NCBI GenBank assembly: GCA_016839365.1
Contig: JAEOUH010000069.1
Coordinates: 1 to 64,000, forward strand
Source: Candidatus Hermodarchaeota archaeon
GTDB taxonomy: Archaea > Asgardarchaeota > Hermodarchaeia > Hermodarchaeales > Hermodarchaeaceae
Length of the DNA stretch: 64,000 nucleotides
Direction: 5' to 3'
This document shows positions 20,270-29,771 of this stretch, piece after piece. The notes under the pieces were generated by a model. It saw only the letters and a list, made by a program, of their open reading frames with translations, was not told where the DNA came from and did not search any database. Numbering within the stretch: the first letter of the stretch is position 1; every line of letters begins with the position of its first letter. A program made the translations under genes and the position numbers.

Positions 20270-20482
20270 AAACTTCTAGGATTGTAACCCTTGTACTGCA
20301 ATCTTACTCCCAAAAGGGCTTTCGCTTCCAACTAGAAATTTAATTTTCAGAAAGAGTACACGGCTCTCGGGCTTATTTCGTTGTAGATACCCTAAACTTC
20401 AGCCCTTGCGCTGATTTCAACACGAAGCACTTAAAGGCATGTCAGTGAGTGATAAATTAGGAACCCAGAGGGTGAAACCTGG

Positions 20483-21034
20483 ATGGAAGAACTAGCTGAA
20501 GTTGTCTACAAAGTCATAGTTGTCGGCGACGCAGGGGTCGGAAAGACATCACTTGCCCGCCGTTACACCACCGGTCAATTTGATGAAAGTTATCTCTTCA
20601 CATTAGGTGTTGATTTTTTCACCAAGCAGATCAAGCTCAAAGATGACACGAATATTAAACTTGTCATCTACGATACTGGTGGACAAGAACGCTTCGATTT
20701 CATTCGCGGCTTATACTTTGAAGGCGCTGCTGGAGCAATCATCGCCTATGATGTTACCGATCAGCAATCCTTTGATCGAGTTGACCATTGGATGCAGCAA
20801 GTCTATCAACGATGTGAGGGTATTCCACTCCTCCTGGTCGGATGCAAAACTGATTTGAAAGACCAACGGGTCGTAGAAGAATCGGAAGCCAAAACCGCGG
20901 CAAAACAATTGAAGATGGACTTCATAGAAACAAGCGCAAAAGATGACCTTCACGTGAACGACGTTTTTGAATCCCTCGCAAAGAAGATTTATTCCTCATA
21001 TGAAAAATCTGGGAAACCCTGGGATAGAATTTAG
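20483..21034 (+). CDS. Rab-like small GTPase
   Basis: G1 GDAGVGKT, G2 TLGVDF, G3 DTGGQERF, G4 CKTD, G5 ETSAK. Confidence 0.93.
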   Translation: MEELAEVVYKVIVVGDAGVGKTSLARRYTTGQFDESYLFTLGVDFFTKQIKLKDDTNIKLVIYDTGGQERFDFIRGLYFEGAAGAIIAYDVTDQQSFDRVDHWMQQVYQRCEGIPLLLVGCKTDLKDQRVVEESEAKTAAKQLKMDFIETSAKDDLHVNDVFESLAKKIYSSYEKSGKPWDRI

Positions 21035-21048
21035 GTTGGTATGGATTA

Positions 21049-21948
21049 CTAATCGGATGTTTCTTCTTCAACTTTCTTAATGAGTCCTTCAGCGATGGGT
21101 TGATTCAACACTAGTCGATCCATGTTTCGATAAGCTGCTTCATCTGGTTGGAATTGAGACCCACACTCTGTGCATAATAGGGTTACTACAGGTTCACTTG
21201 TAGTGTGTTGACAGGTCAGACATGAATAGAAAAGTTCCATTGGTTTGCCAGAGGTGTTCGCTTTTTGTGAACCTCCTTCCTTAGAGGTTGGATATCGGAC
21301 AACATCAAGTGCTGTGACACTACATTGAGGGCAGGCCAAGCGGCTTACCACCTTGAATCCCAAACAGATGGGGCAATGCGTAACTCCAATCACAGGCTCA
21401 CTGGTAAAAATGCCTGCTAAGGTGAGCTTCTCTAAGAACAGTCGAGTATCATAGCTGTTCAGACCAGTAAGATGGTCAGCTGCAGGATAGGTGGCTCCGA
21501 TTTCGAAGCTGAAGTGGGGATCAAAATACAGGATATCCAATTCAATCATCTCCTTGAGGAAATCCGTGGTCTTTTTTGATGTCAACAAATCTGCGACAGG
21601 AGAGCTCTGAATTTCAACAAGGAGATCATGGTAGAGGTTTTTCCACTCTTCTGGCTTGGGCTCATCTGGGAGACTACTTGCATTGAGGATTTTTTTCATG
21701 GGTTCTCGAAGTGGTCCAATGGGTTCATCGGGTCCTAGAAGCAGCGCAATTATCCAGGGGGGAAACACATAGGTAGCCCAAGTCCGGTTACTCACATGGA
21801 CACCGCGAAAACCTTCACGGAACAAGTTATGGGTGGCAAAAATCGCGAGGACCTCTTGATGAGTAACTGTCTCAATCGTGTCGCTCTGATAGACATATTG
21901 GGGTCCGATTTTCGGGTCCATGCGAAAGACGGCAAAGCCTTTAATCAC
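21049..21948 (-). CDS. longin/uDENN-like N-terminal domain fused to a TackOD1-like winged-helix/multi-Zn-ribbon domain
   Basis: N-terminal FAVFRMDPKIGP; C-terminal ATYP..LEKLTLAGIF followed by CPIC, CPQC, CLTC, CTEC. Confidence 0.6.
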   Translation of the reverse strand: MIKGFAVFRMDPKIGPQYVYQSDTIETVTHQEVLAIFATHNLFREGFRGVHVSNRTWATYVFPPWIIALLLGPDEPIGPLREPMKKILNASSLPDEPKPEEWKNLYHDLLVEIQSSPVADLLTSKKTTDFLKEMIELDILYFDPHFSFEIGATYPAADHLTGLNSYDTRLFLEKLTLAGIFTSEPVIGVTHCPICLGFKVVSRLACPQCSVTALDVVRYPTSKEGGSQKANTSGKPMELFYSCLTCQHTTSEPVVTLLCTECGSQFQPDEAAYRNMDRLVLNQPIAEGLIKKVEEETSD

Positions 21949-22104
21949 GGTCTATCTTCCCCTGGGCCGTGTACTCCTTTTCTAGACACTTGTGCAGGTT
22001 GTAATAAAGAGTCTTTCGTCCCACGGGATGGAGCACCGGAGAAACCCAATTTTCCGATAATCGAGTAATTTTATCTCGCTAGTTTACATTTATAGCAAGG
22101 AAGT

Positions 22105-23436
22105 TTGATGCTACCACAGATAACTCATCGGAAAAGGTGCTCTGTGGTGTCCTTGAATTTATGTTCCCTGGCAGAAACCGACGATTTGTATCGCCCGGAT
22201 TATACCCAAAATATCTATCGAGTCTTACCCACTGCACTACGATGTATGGGAGTAGCTCTTCCCCGGGGTGATCTCTTTGGAAATCAGAAAACTCTGAGGC
22301 ATCTAAAAGCAAACGACGCTACAAACGCCCATCGAGTCATTGTCTGCATTGTCGATAGTGTAGGTATACAGAATTTTCAGGGAACTAAACTTGCAGGGTT
22401 CTTCGATGAACTCGGAGGGGTGAGTCTAAGCAGTACTTTCCCTTCGATTACCTCAGCAGCAATTTCCAGTATCTATATGGGACTTCCACCAACCGCCCAT
22501 GGAATTCTTGGGCATGTAATTTACTTCAAGGAATATGGGGCTCTTATCGATACACTCAGAATGTCTGGTGCAACGACCCACTTTCGTGATGCCATTACTC
22601 AAGCAGGAATTGATGTTAGGGCACTTCTATGGGAAAAAGGAATTTCAGAACTTATCAAAGGAACGCATCCTGATCTTATATATGCTCAAGGATTACCCCG
22701 TGAAATTCCTGGTACTGGATTAGGGCGATTCTATGTACTTAGAGAAGATGTCATTTCCTATTATGGCTTCATTGACGGTTTCGGTATGGTTAATCGAGTG
22801 TTAGAAGAATATCCTTCGACTCCCCTTCTTTGCACAGTCTATTTTCCCCTCATCGATACACTTGCCCACAAATATGGTATCAATTCACCACAATATCGGT
22901 CGGGTTGTAATACCTTCTTTCATCATCTTCGAGAGTTCATCGAAGCTATTCCCTCCTCTGAGGCAAAGAAAACCACGATTGTATTCTGCAGTGACCATGG
23001 GCAAAATTCATTCAACGAAGACCGAGCTATTGTCATCACCCAAGAGGAATTTAATGAGGTCCGGGACACCATTAAGGTGCCCCCTGGCCACTCTGGAAGA
23101 GTGGCTCATTTCTACTGCAAAACTTCACAAAAAAGGCGTAAACTGAAGAAATGGTTACAATCACGTTCTGAAGATCGGGGTATTATCCTAGATCCCAAGG
23201 AACTCGATCAAAGTGGACTCCTGCCCACTCCCATTAATCGAGGGATAATTCAACGACTTGGCGACCTACTTTTAATTGGTCGAAGTGGTGTAAGCCTTCG
23301 GATTGATCGGGAAGATTACACCTTTGATTCTTCAGCGCTTCTTCCAAGAGCCGATCTCAAAGGGAACCATGGCTCGATTACCATTGAAGAATTGGAAACA
23401 CCATTTCTGGCATTCAAGGCAAAGAATATTCAATAA
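22105..23436 (+). CDS. alkaline-phosphatase superfamily nucleotide pyrophosphatase/phosphodiesterase
   Basis: VDSVG, TFPSIT nucleophile, DTLAHKYG, SDHGQ, GNHGS; true start may be a few codons downstream. Confidence 0.85.
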   Translation: MMLPQITHRKRCSVVSLNLCSLAETDDLYRPDYTQNIYRVLPTALRCMGVALPRGDLFGNQKTLRHLKANDATNAHRVIVCIVDSVGIQNFQGTKLAGFFDELGGVSLSSTFPSITSAAISSIYMGLPPTAHGILGHVIYFKEYGALIDTLRMSGATTHFRDAITQAGIDVRALLWEKGISELIKGTHPDLIYAQGLPREIPGTGLGRFYVLREDVISYYGFIDGFGMVNRVLEEYPSTPLLCTVYFPLIDTLAHKYGINSPQYRSGCNTFFHHLREFIEAIPSSEAKKTTIVFCSDHGQNSFNEDRAIVITQEEFNEVRDTIKVPPGHSGRVAHFYCKTSQKRRKLKKWLQSRSEDRGIILDPKELDQSGLLPTPINRGIIQRLGDLLLIGRSGVSLRIDREDYTFDSSALLPRADLKGNHGSITIEELETPFLAFKAKNIQ

Positions 23437-23643
23437 TTGGGGTCACATCCCAGTTAATCATAATCGACGATTTTATGGTTTGCTTTGTCCAACGAACTAA
23501 CATCCCTCACCCTTGTAGCTTCTTTATCAATTTGAGATTTTCAAAGTACAAAACTCTAAAGGTATAAAGTGTTAATAACTGCACAAGAGAATATCTCTTT
23601 TGATACCTTGTTCCATGCTACTTGGCTTTAGGAGTAGCAATGC

Positions 23644-24642
23644 ATGACCAAATACGATACTCAAAGCTTCATTAAACTCATCGGTGAAAATGATGAAATC
23701 TATTCAAGATTGAAGCTAATCGAAAAGACAATCCGCTATCATATCAACGCTGATGCGACACAACCGAAAAAGCTCCGTGAAGCTGCTTATCACCTCATCC
23801 GAGCGGGTGGAAAACGGTTTCGTTCCCTGATAGTCTTACTATCCTGCGAAGCAGTTGGTGGCAAAATAGAAGGCGTTTTGCCTCTGTGTGTGGCAACCGA
23901 GTTCCTACAGACCGCTAGTCTAATCCATGACGACATCATCGACCACGATGACATTCGCCGCGGTGTCCAATCCGTTCACAATAAATTCGGGGCTGATCTC
24001 GCAATCCTTGCCACTGATTTTCTAATCTTCAAAGCCTACTCAATCATAAGTGAATATGGCAATCCAGAACTGGTTAACGTCATTAGTAAAGCAGGTGAAG
24101 CAATCACCTGTGGTGAGGCTGCAGAACTTTTCATGTTTCCTAAAGATTCAACGATCCACAACCGAAATGAATACCTAGCAATGGCTCAGGAAAAAACGGG
24201 GGCGTTTATCAAAGGCGCAGCTCATGCTGGTGCTCTAATCGGAAATGGTGATGATGACCAAATCAAAGCATTAGTCACCTATGGGCGGTTTATTGGATTA
24301 GCATTTCAAATCCGTGATGATATCTTAGATATCACAGAAATCCATCAGCTTCCAAAAACGGCAGTGAATTCAGATTTGAAATTCAAGCGAGCGAACCTCC
24401 CCTTGATTCTAGCCCTTGAAGGCTCAACTGAAAATCAAGTACAAAGATATATTCAAGCCCTGGAAAATCATGACTACTCCTATATCCACGATTTGCTTGT
24501 TGAAACGGATGCAATAGCCAAAGCCATGACAATCGCACATTCTTACATCAAACAGGCACAAGCTGCTCTAGAAGGAATAGAGCTTAAGCATCGGTCTACT
24601 TTAGACCACCTCGCTGAGATGGTCCTCACTCGGATTATCTAG
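23644..24642 (+). CDS. idsA: polyprenyl (geranylgeranyl) diphosphate synthase
   Basis: GGKRFR, HDDIIDHDDIRRG (FARM), KTG, FQIRDDILD (SARM). Confidence 0.9.
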   Translation: MTKYDTQSFIKLIGENDEIYSRLKLIEKTIRYHINADATQPKKLREAAYHLIRAGGKRFRSLIVLLSCEAVGGKIEGVLPLCVATEFLQTASLIHDDIIDHDDIRRGVQSVHNKFGADLAILATDFLIFKAYSIISEYGNPELVNVISKAGEAITCGEAAELFMFPKDSTIHNRNEYLAMAQEKTGAFIKGAAHAGALIGNGDDDQIKALVTYGRFIGLAFQIRDDILDITEIHQLPKTAVNSDLKFKRANLPLILALEGSTENQVQRYIQALENHDYSYIHDLLVETDAIAKAMTIAHSYIKQAQAALEGIELKHRSTLDHLAEMVLTRII

Positions 24643-24708
24643 CCTAATTTGCATTAGAGGTTTTGGAACATTAATAACAAAATAAATCACCACAACTGAA
24701 GTGATCTC

Positions 24709-25176
24709 ATGAAATATCTTGTAGCCTACTATTCTCGAACAGGACATAACAAAACCATTGGCGAAGCTATCGCCAAGGCACTTTCAGCTGACGTCGATGA
24801 AATCATCGACAAGAAAAAACGATCTGGACGGATTGGCTGGTTACTCGCAGGCCGAGATGGCACGTCTGGGAAAATGACCGAAATTCAAACCGCAAAGAAT
24901 CCCCAAGACTATGATATCGTCATTCTTGGGACACCCCTCTGGGCTGCTAATATGACCCCTGCGATTCGCACCTATCTGACCCAAAATAATCTTACTGGCA
25001 AAAAGGTGGCTTTTTTCATCTGTTCCGGTGGGGATGGGTATACGAATATTTTCCCCAAACTGATGGAGCTCGCATCTGGAGCTACGCAACTTGCCACCTT
25101 GGGCATTACCGAAGAGCAATTCAAGAATAATGCTTACCAGTCACAACTTGAGGCATTCATTGCAAAGCTCAAATAA
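24709..25176 (+). CDS. flavodoxin family protein
   Basis: YYSRTGHN, YDIVILGTPLWA, GKKVAFFICSGG. Confidence 0.88.
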   Translation: MKYLVAYYSRTGHNKTIGEAIAKALSADVDEIIDKKKRSGRIGWLLAGRDGTSGKMTEIQTAKNPQDYDIVILGTPLWAANMTPAIRTYLTQNNLTGKKVAFFICSGGDGYTNIFPKLMELASGATQLATLGITEEQFKNNAYQSQLEAFIAKLK

Positions 25177-25196
25177 CCCATACTTGTCTGTCTAAT

Positions 25197-26525
25197 TCAA
25201 GTGTAGATGGGTTCAATTCCAAGAATTTCGCAAAGATCGTAGAGCTCATCCACTAAGTCTCCATACACCATATGCAGATGATTGGATCGCAGGTGTTGAA
25301 CGAAAAGGTCCGGATCACCTTCAAGGTTAATGAAGGCATGTGGCCACCGCTCCCGCGCCTCCTTGAAGGTCTCCTTGTCTTGGACAAAGGCTTCACCATT
25401 GGCGATTTGCATCACATACTCACCACCCACACGAGCCAGTCGTGCCAGGGTCACCAGTCCCTCTTTGCAACAGAATGTTGGACAGGCACCGCTGGCTTTG
25501 CCCATATACTCGTACTGTGGATTCCACTCCACATCCTTGGGTGAAGGAGCCATGTCTGTGGCGATGGTTCCACAATTCACTAGCCGCAGGGTGCCAGAAT
25601 TCATATCCAAATCATTGACATCAGCAAAGAGCACAGGTTGCCCACTCAACAGATGCAGGATACGCATCGTAAATGCGGCGTTCATATCGGCTTCACAGGA
25701 TATCATGATACCCTCATTAATCAACCAGGAAATGGGCAAACAGCCACTAACATAATTATCGATGAATTCCGGCTGACACTTAAACCCTCCAAAGGCATAT
25801 CCTTCTGATTCCATCACCTCTTTCATCGCAAAATAGAGGCGGACGCTTTTTTCAAGCACTTCATCTGAGACATTCACCGATCCATAGTTCTTTTTTGCCC
25901 AGTCCATTTTTACCTTCACTTTTTTTGCGGGTACTTTTTCAGCATTAAGGTATAATCGGAGCATGTCAACGTGTTCAATTTCTGTTCCAAAGATATCTTT
26001 CATCTGACTAAAGTCAACGGCTGAGGTTACCATACCCATGGTTTTTCCACCAATAACCACTGCCTTGCTGCGGCTGAGGTCATCAAATGCCATGGCGGCT
26101 CGAGAATAGCTTGTGATAGCTGTCAGAATCTCGGGTGAATCCGGCTCGCCATAGATGAAGCGGTGTTGGAGGTCGAGTTCATCTAAACTTCCGTGTGTGA
26201 TAGCTGCACCTACCAGGCTGAATGCTGTGGGGCTACGGTAACCATATACGATGCTGGGTAATCCTGTGACCTGAACTGCAGAGACAACCATCGGCGCATA
26301 AATCCATGACCCGATGTTGTAGATGATACATTGGATATGGTTGTGAACCATATCTTCGGAGATTCGCACCGAATCTTCCATTGTCAATACTAACCCGTCA
26401 TGGGGTAGGACATCGAGGGGTTGCGTTTTCAGAGCCTTAAGAAGCTCCTTGTGGGCTTGTTCAGCGATATCAGTTCGTTCCCGGGCTAGCGACAGGGTAA
26501 TGAGTCCGACTTTGGGCTGTTGCAT
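25197..26525 (-). CDS. L-fucose/L-arabinose isomerase-like protein
   Basis: SLVGAAITHGSL, KCQPEF, SCEADMNAA, FADV, NCG, VTLARL, WPHAF, SNHLH. Confidence 0.8.
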   Translation of the reverse strand: MQQPKVGLITLSLARERTDIAEQAHKELLKALKTQPLDVLPHDGLVLTMEDSVRISEDMVHNHIQCIIYNIGSWIYAPMVVSAVQVTGLPSIVYGYRSPTAFSLVGAAITHGSLDELDLQHRFIYGEPDSPEILTAITSYSRAAMAFDDLSRSKAVVIGGKTMGMVTSAVDFSQMKDIFGTEIEHVDMLRLYLNAEKVPAKKVKVKMDWAKKNYGSVNVSDEVLEKSVRLYFAMKEVMESEGYAFGGFKCQPEFIDNYVSGCLPISWLINEGIMISCEADMNAAFTMRILHLLSGQPVLFADVNDLDMNSGTLRLVNCGTIATDMAPSPKDVEWNPQYEYMGKASGACPTFCCKEGLVTLARLARVGGEYVMQIANGEAFVQDKETFKEARERWPHAFINLEGDPDLFVQHLRSNHLHMVYGDLVDELYDLCEILGIEPIYT

Positions 26526-27086
26526 TTTCTTCCCTCAGGTAGATAGAATGTATGCTATCTCCTCAAATCGTGAAGATAAAAGCCTTTCATCCCGACTTGG
26601 TCAATGAGGGATAATTTCAAATGAGACTGAACCAGGAACCGACCGGTTAAGCATGAACTGCAAGGCAAACGAGGCTACATAGAATCTAGCCGCTTCATCT
26701 GTATTCCACTCATAAATCCATTGAGTGAAACCTGTGGATTCGTTTACCATTCAAAGCTTAGACCGGAATCCTGAAAGACCTATGATGGGAATTGGGATCA
26801 AAGAAAAGCGAATATTTTGTATGAGTGTCATGCCTGCCACCTTAAACTGCACGTAAAAAATCACCTTTGGGATTGTGTGCTGGTTTGATCTTGGTTTGAC
26901 GATAACTTGGCAGAATATAGTCAACTCTTCACCATCATCCATGATGAAGTGCTCAACTTTTCAATGTCGGAGGAATTGCAATTGACCTTGAAAGAGGAGG
27001 GATAATGCTCTAAATGCAGAAAGGAATAGGGAGTTGTTCATACCAATAATCCCTACCTGCTTATCTCCTAGCTATCCTCTTATTCG

Positions 27087-27905
27087 TTATGAACTCTTTT
27101 CATCAAAACTTCCAAAGCGGTAACCTCTCAAATCCACCGTGACAAACTCATATCCCAAGGTTTTCAGCTGCTCGATTACTTGTTCAGAAATATGAGGTTG
27201 AAGCAGTTTGAGCACATCATTTGATACAACTTCAATTCGGGCTAATCGACCATGGTCACGTACTCGTAGGATTCCAACGTCGATGATTATTCTAATCGCT
27301 TTCTCAGCCGCCGCTACCCTAGCAAGGCGCTCCTCAGTGAGCTCTTCTCCATAAGGGATGCGAGTCGCTAAGCAGCTGTTTGACGGTCGGTCCGCCACTG
27401 GAAGCTTTAGCTCTCGGGCGATTTGACGTGCTTCGCTCTTTGTAATTCCTGCATCCAAAAGCGGACTGATTACCGCTAGCTCCTTGATTGCCTGGAGTCC
27501 TGGCCGGTGCTCTCCCAGATCACTGACTGACGTTCCATCCACTACTGCGCTCAGTCCCAGTTTGACTGCAAGCACCTTAGCTTCGCGAAAACGGTGAAGC
27601 TTGCAATGATAGCATCGATCGGATGGATTCAGGGTAATAGAGGATACCTTGAGTTCATTCAGGGATTGAATCTGATGACGAATCCCAATCATTTTGGCTA
27701 CTGCACGCGCATCTTCAATTTCTTCAGGAACGATAAGGGGGGAATCAAACGTAATAGCCACAGCATTCTCGCCAAGGGCTTCATATGCCAGTGCTGCGAC
27801 CAAGGCGCTGTCAACGCCACCAGAAAGCGCCACTAAAACGGAGCCTAATTCTTTAAGATGAGAGATGGCTCGAGCACGTTTTCGCTGTAATGAACGACTT
27901 CCTAT
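27087..27905 (-). CDS. larE: ATP-dependent sulfur transferase LarE (nickel-pincer cofactor biosynthesis)
   Basis: SGGVDS PP-loop, RCYHCK, DGT, RPG, SCLATRIPYG, RVRDHG, ARIEV; frame stays open upstream of GTG 27833 to an ATA at 27905 (start inferred). Confidence 0.9.
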   Translation of the reverse strand: MGSRSLQRKRARAISHLKELGSVLVALSGGVDSALVAALAYEALGENAVAITFDSPLIVPEEIEDARAVAKMIGIRHQIQSLNELKVSSITLNPSDRCYHCKLHRFREAKVLAVKLGLSAVVDGTSVSDLGEHRPGLQAIKELAVISPLLDAGITKSEARQIARELKLPVADRPSNSCLATRIPYGEELTEERLARVAAAEKAIRIIIDVGILRVRDHGRLARIEVVSNDVLKLLQPHISEQVIEQLKTLGYEFVTVDLRGYRFGSFDEKSS

Positions 27906-28723
27906 CGAGATGATGACTCACCTTCCTGTGGAGTGGATGTTAATGATGATTTTCCTAGCACAAATCGGAGAAGATTAGGAACTCCGGGGATTTCTCCAGT
28001 GCCTGCTCCATAGCCAACTGCTATCGGAACGAGCTCAGGAAACACCTGGGTCGAAACGGGATTCAAGGCTGCGAGAAGTGAGATGCCTGTCGGAGTTGCC
28101 ATCTCATGGGTATGGGGTCCACCTTTGAAAGTGAGTTTATACTTGGTCAGTATATTTGTCACTGCAGGTCCAGGAGCAGCTAATTGGCCATGGCCACTCA
28201 TGAAAGTTCCTCCACCAACTGCAATGGGGAGTGTATAATATTTTGTCGAATTTGCGTCAGCGATGCCAAGATTTTCAAGCGCGGTGGCTGCTCCGATAAT
28301 ATCAAGAACTGTATCCACTGAACCGGCTCCGTGCAGATGGACTTTTTCTGGAGGATGTCGATGGACCATGGCTTCAGCATCCACAAGAATTTGAATAGCT
28401 CGTTTAGCATACACTGCCGCAGGCTTTGAAAGCCTGAGGTCTTTGGTCATCGTTTGAACCGCGTTGAGGAGGACTTTCCCAGGGCGGGTCGTATAGGTTT
28501 CTTCTATGTGGATGTCTAAGAATAAACCACCGATATGACTTCGAGCAATGGGTTGGGGCTTTACAGTCACTGTGTCACAGTTGGGGACGTAGTTGACTGA
28601 CGCTTCCATTGCAGCCACGACCGCATTAATATCTGCTCCGAGGTCCATGAGTGCTGCTACAAACATGTCGCCTGCGATGCCAGCAAGCTGGGGGTCAATG
28701 ACTAGAATTTTCTGGTCAGTCAC
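27902..28723 (-). CDS. larC: LarC nickel-insertion protein, N-terminal (LarC1-like) part only
   Basis: AGIAGDMFVAALMDLG, AEAMVH..VHLHGAG..DTVLDIIG, GHGQLAAPGPA, EMATPTG, GYGAG, PNLLR, then stop at 273 aa. Confidence 0.85.
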   Translation of the reverse strand: MTDQKILVIDPQLAGIAGDMFVAALMDLGADINAVVAAMEASVNYVPNCDTVTVKPQPIARSHIGGLFLDIHIEETYTTRPGKVLLNAVQTMTKDLRLSKPAAVYAKRAIQILVDAEAMVHRHPPEKVHLHGAGSVDTVLDIIGAATALENLGIADANSTKYYTLPIAVGGGTFMSGHGQLAAPGPAVTNILTKYKLTFKGGPHTHEMATPTGISLLAALNPVSTQVFPELVPIAVGYGAGTGEIPGVPNLLRFVLGKSSLTSTPQEGESSSR

Positions 28724-28804
28724 AGAGAAATCCCACCGTTGAGTTGTGAAATCTTCAAGCTTTAATATGCTTGGTCCTTCTATGAGAAACTGGTGGTAGC
28801 AGCA

Positions 28805-29581
28805 ATGACCGAGCTTCGTGATATTCTAGAAAAGGTGGCTTCTGGTGATTACACCGTGAAAGAAGCAGAAACCAAATTACGTATCTTCAACATCATCGAG
28901 GTCGCCCGGATGGCAAAACTGGACGTCCAACGTGAATCCCGAAAGGGCATCCCTGAAGTAATATTTGCTAAAAATAAATCCATATCTGATTTATTGGAAA
29001 TCATCAAAGTAGGCATGAAGGAAAAGAACCTCCTCATCCTTAGTCAACTCTCTGAAGAAAAAGCCCAGAAGATTAGGGAAACCTGTGGAGATAAATTCGT
29101 ATTTGAGCTCTCATCTGCTGGAGAAATTGCTACCATTCGGAAACCCGATTATCAGATTCCACAAACAGGAGGAAAAATCGGGATTATTTCAGCAGGAACA
29201 TCTGATCGCCACATTGCTGAAGCGGCACGTATGATGGCAGAAAACATGGGCTGCCAGGTCTTTTCTGCCCATGATGTGGGTGTTGCAGGTGTGCATCGGC
29301 TGTTTCCTGAATTAGCTGAAATGGTTGAACAAGGGATTGATGTTCTTATTGTCGCCGCTGGAATGGAAGGTGCTCTCCCCTCCCTCGTCACTGGGCTAGT
29401 GGATATCCCAGTAATTGGTCTACCAGTCTCCACAGGCTATGGATTGGGAGGTGAAGGACTCGGTGCACTCATTTCTATGCTCCAATCCTGCTCACTTGGC
29501 CTAGCAGTCGTGAATATTGATAATGGTATTGGCGCTGGAGCCATAGCTGCTCTAGTTGCCAATCGGATTGCTCAAAAATAG
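28805..29581 (+). CDS. larB: LarB (PurE-like carboxylase/hydrolase, nickel-pincer cofactor)
   Basis: RKGIPEVIFAKNK, AGTSD, DVGVAGVHRL, AGMEGALPS, PVSTGYG, SCSLGLAVVNIDNG. Confidence 0.93.
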   Translation: MTELRDILEKVASGDYTVKEAETKLRIFNIIEVARMAKLDVQRESRKGIPEVIFAKNKSISDLLEIIKVGMKEKNLLILSQLSEEKAQKIRETCGDKFVFELSSAGEIATIRKPDYQIPQTGGKIGIISAGTSDRHIAEAARMMAENMGCQVFSAHDVGVAGVHRLFPELAEMVEQGIDVLIVAAGMEGALPSLVTGLVDIPVIGLPVSTGYGLGGEGLGALISMLQSCSLGLAVVNIDNGIGAGAIAALVANRIAQK

Positions 29582-29771
29582 GCAAGATTCAAGATTATAG
29601 AAAATCGCAACTTTCCCCCTTAAGGTACGATTTACACGAGAGCTTTTAAGAGGGACCTCAACGGTTTTTCTACCTGTGCTCATCGAACCGGCTACACCTC
29701 ATTAAGGAGGAGACGATGAGTAAGGAACCAGCGGCATCAAACACTAGGGTAACCGTAAGAATCAGTGGGGT

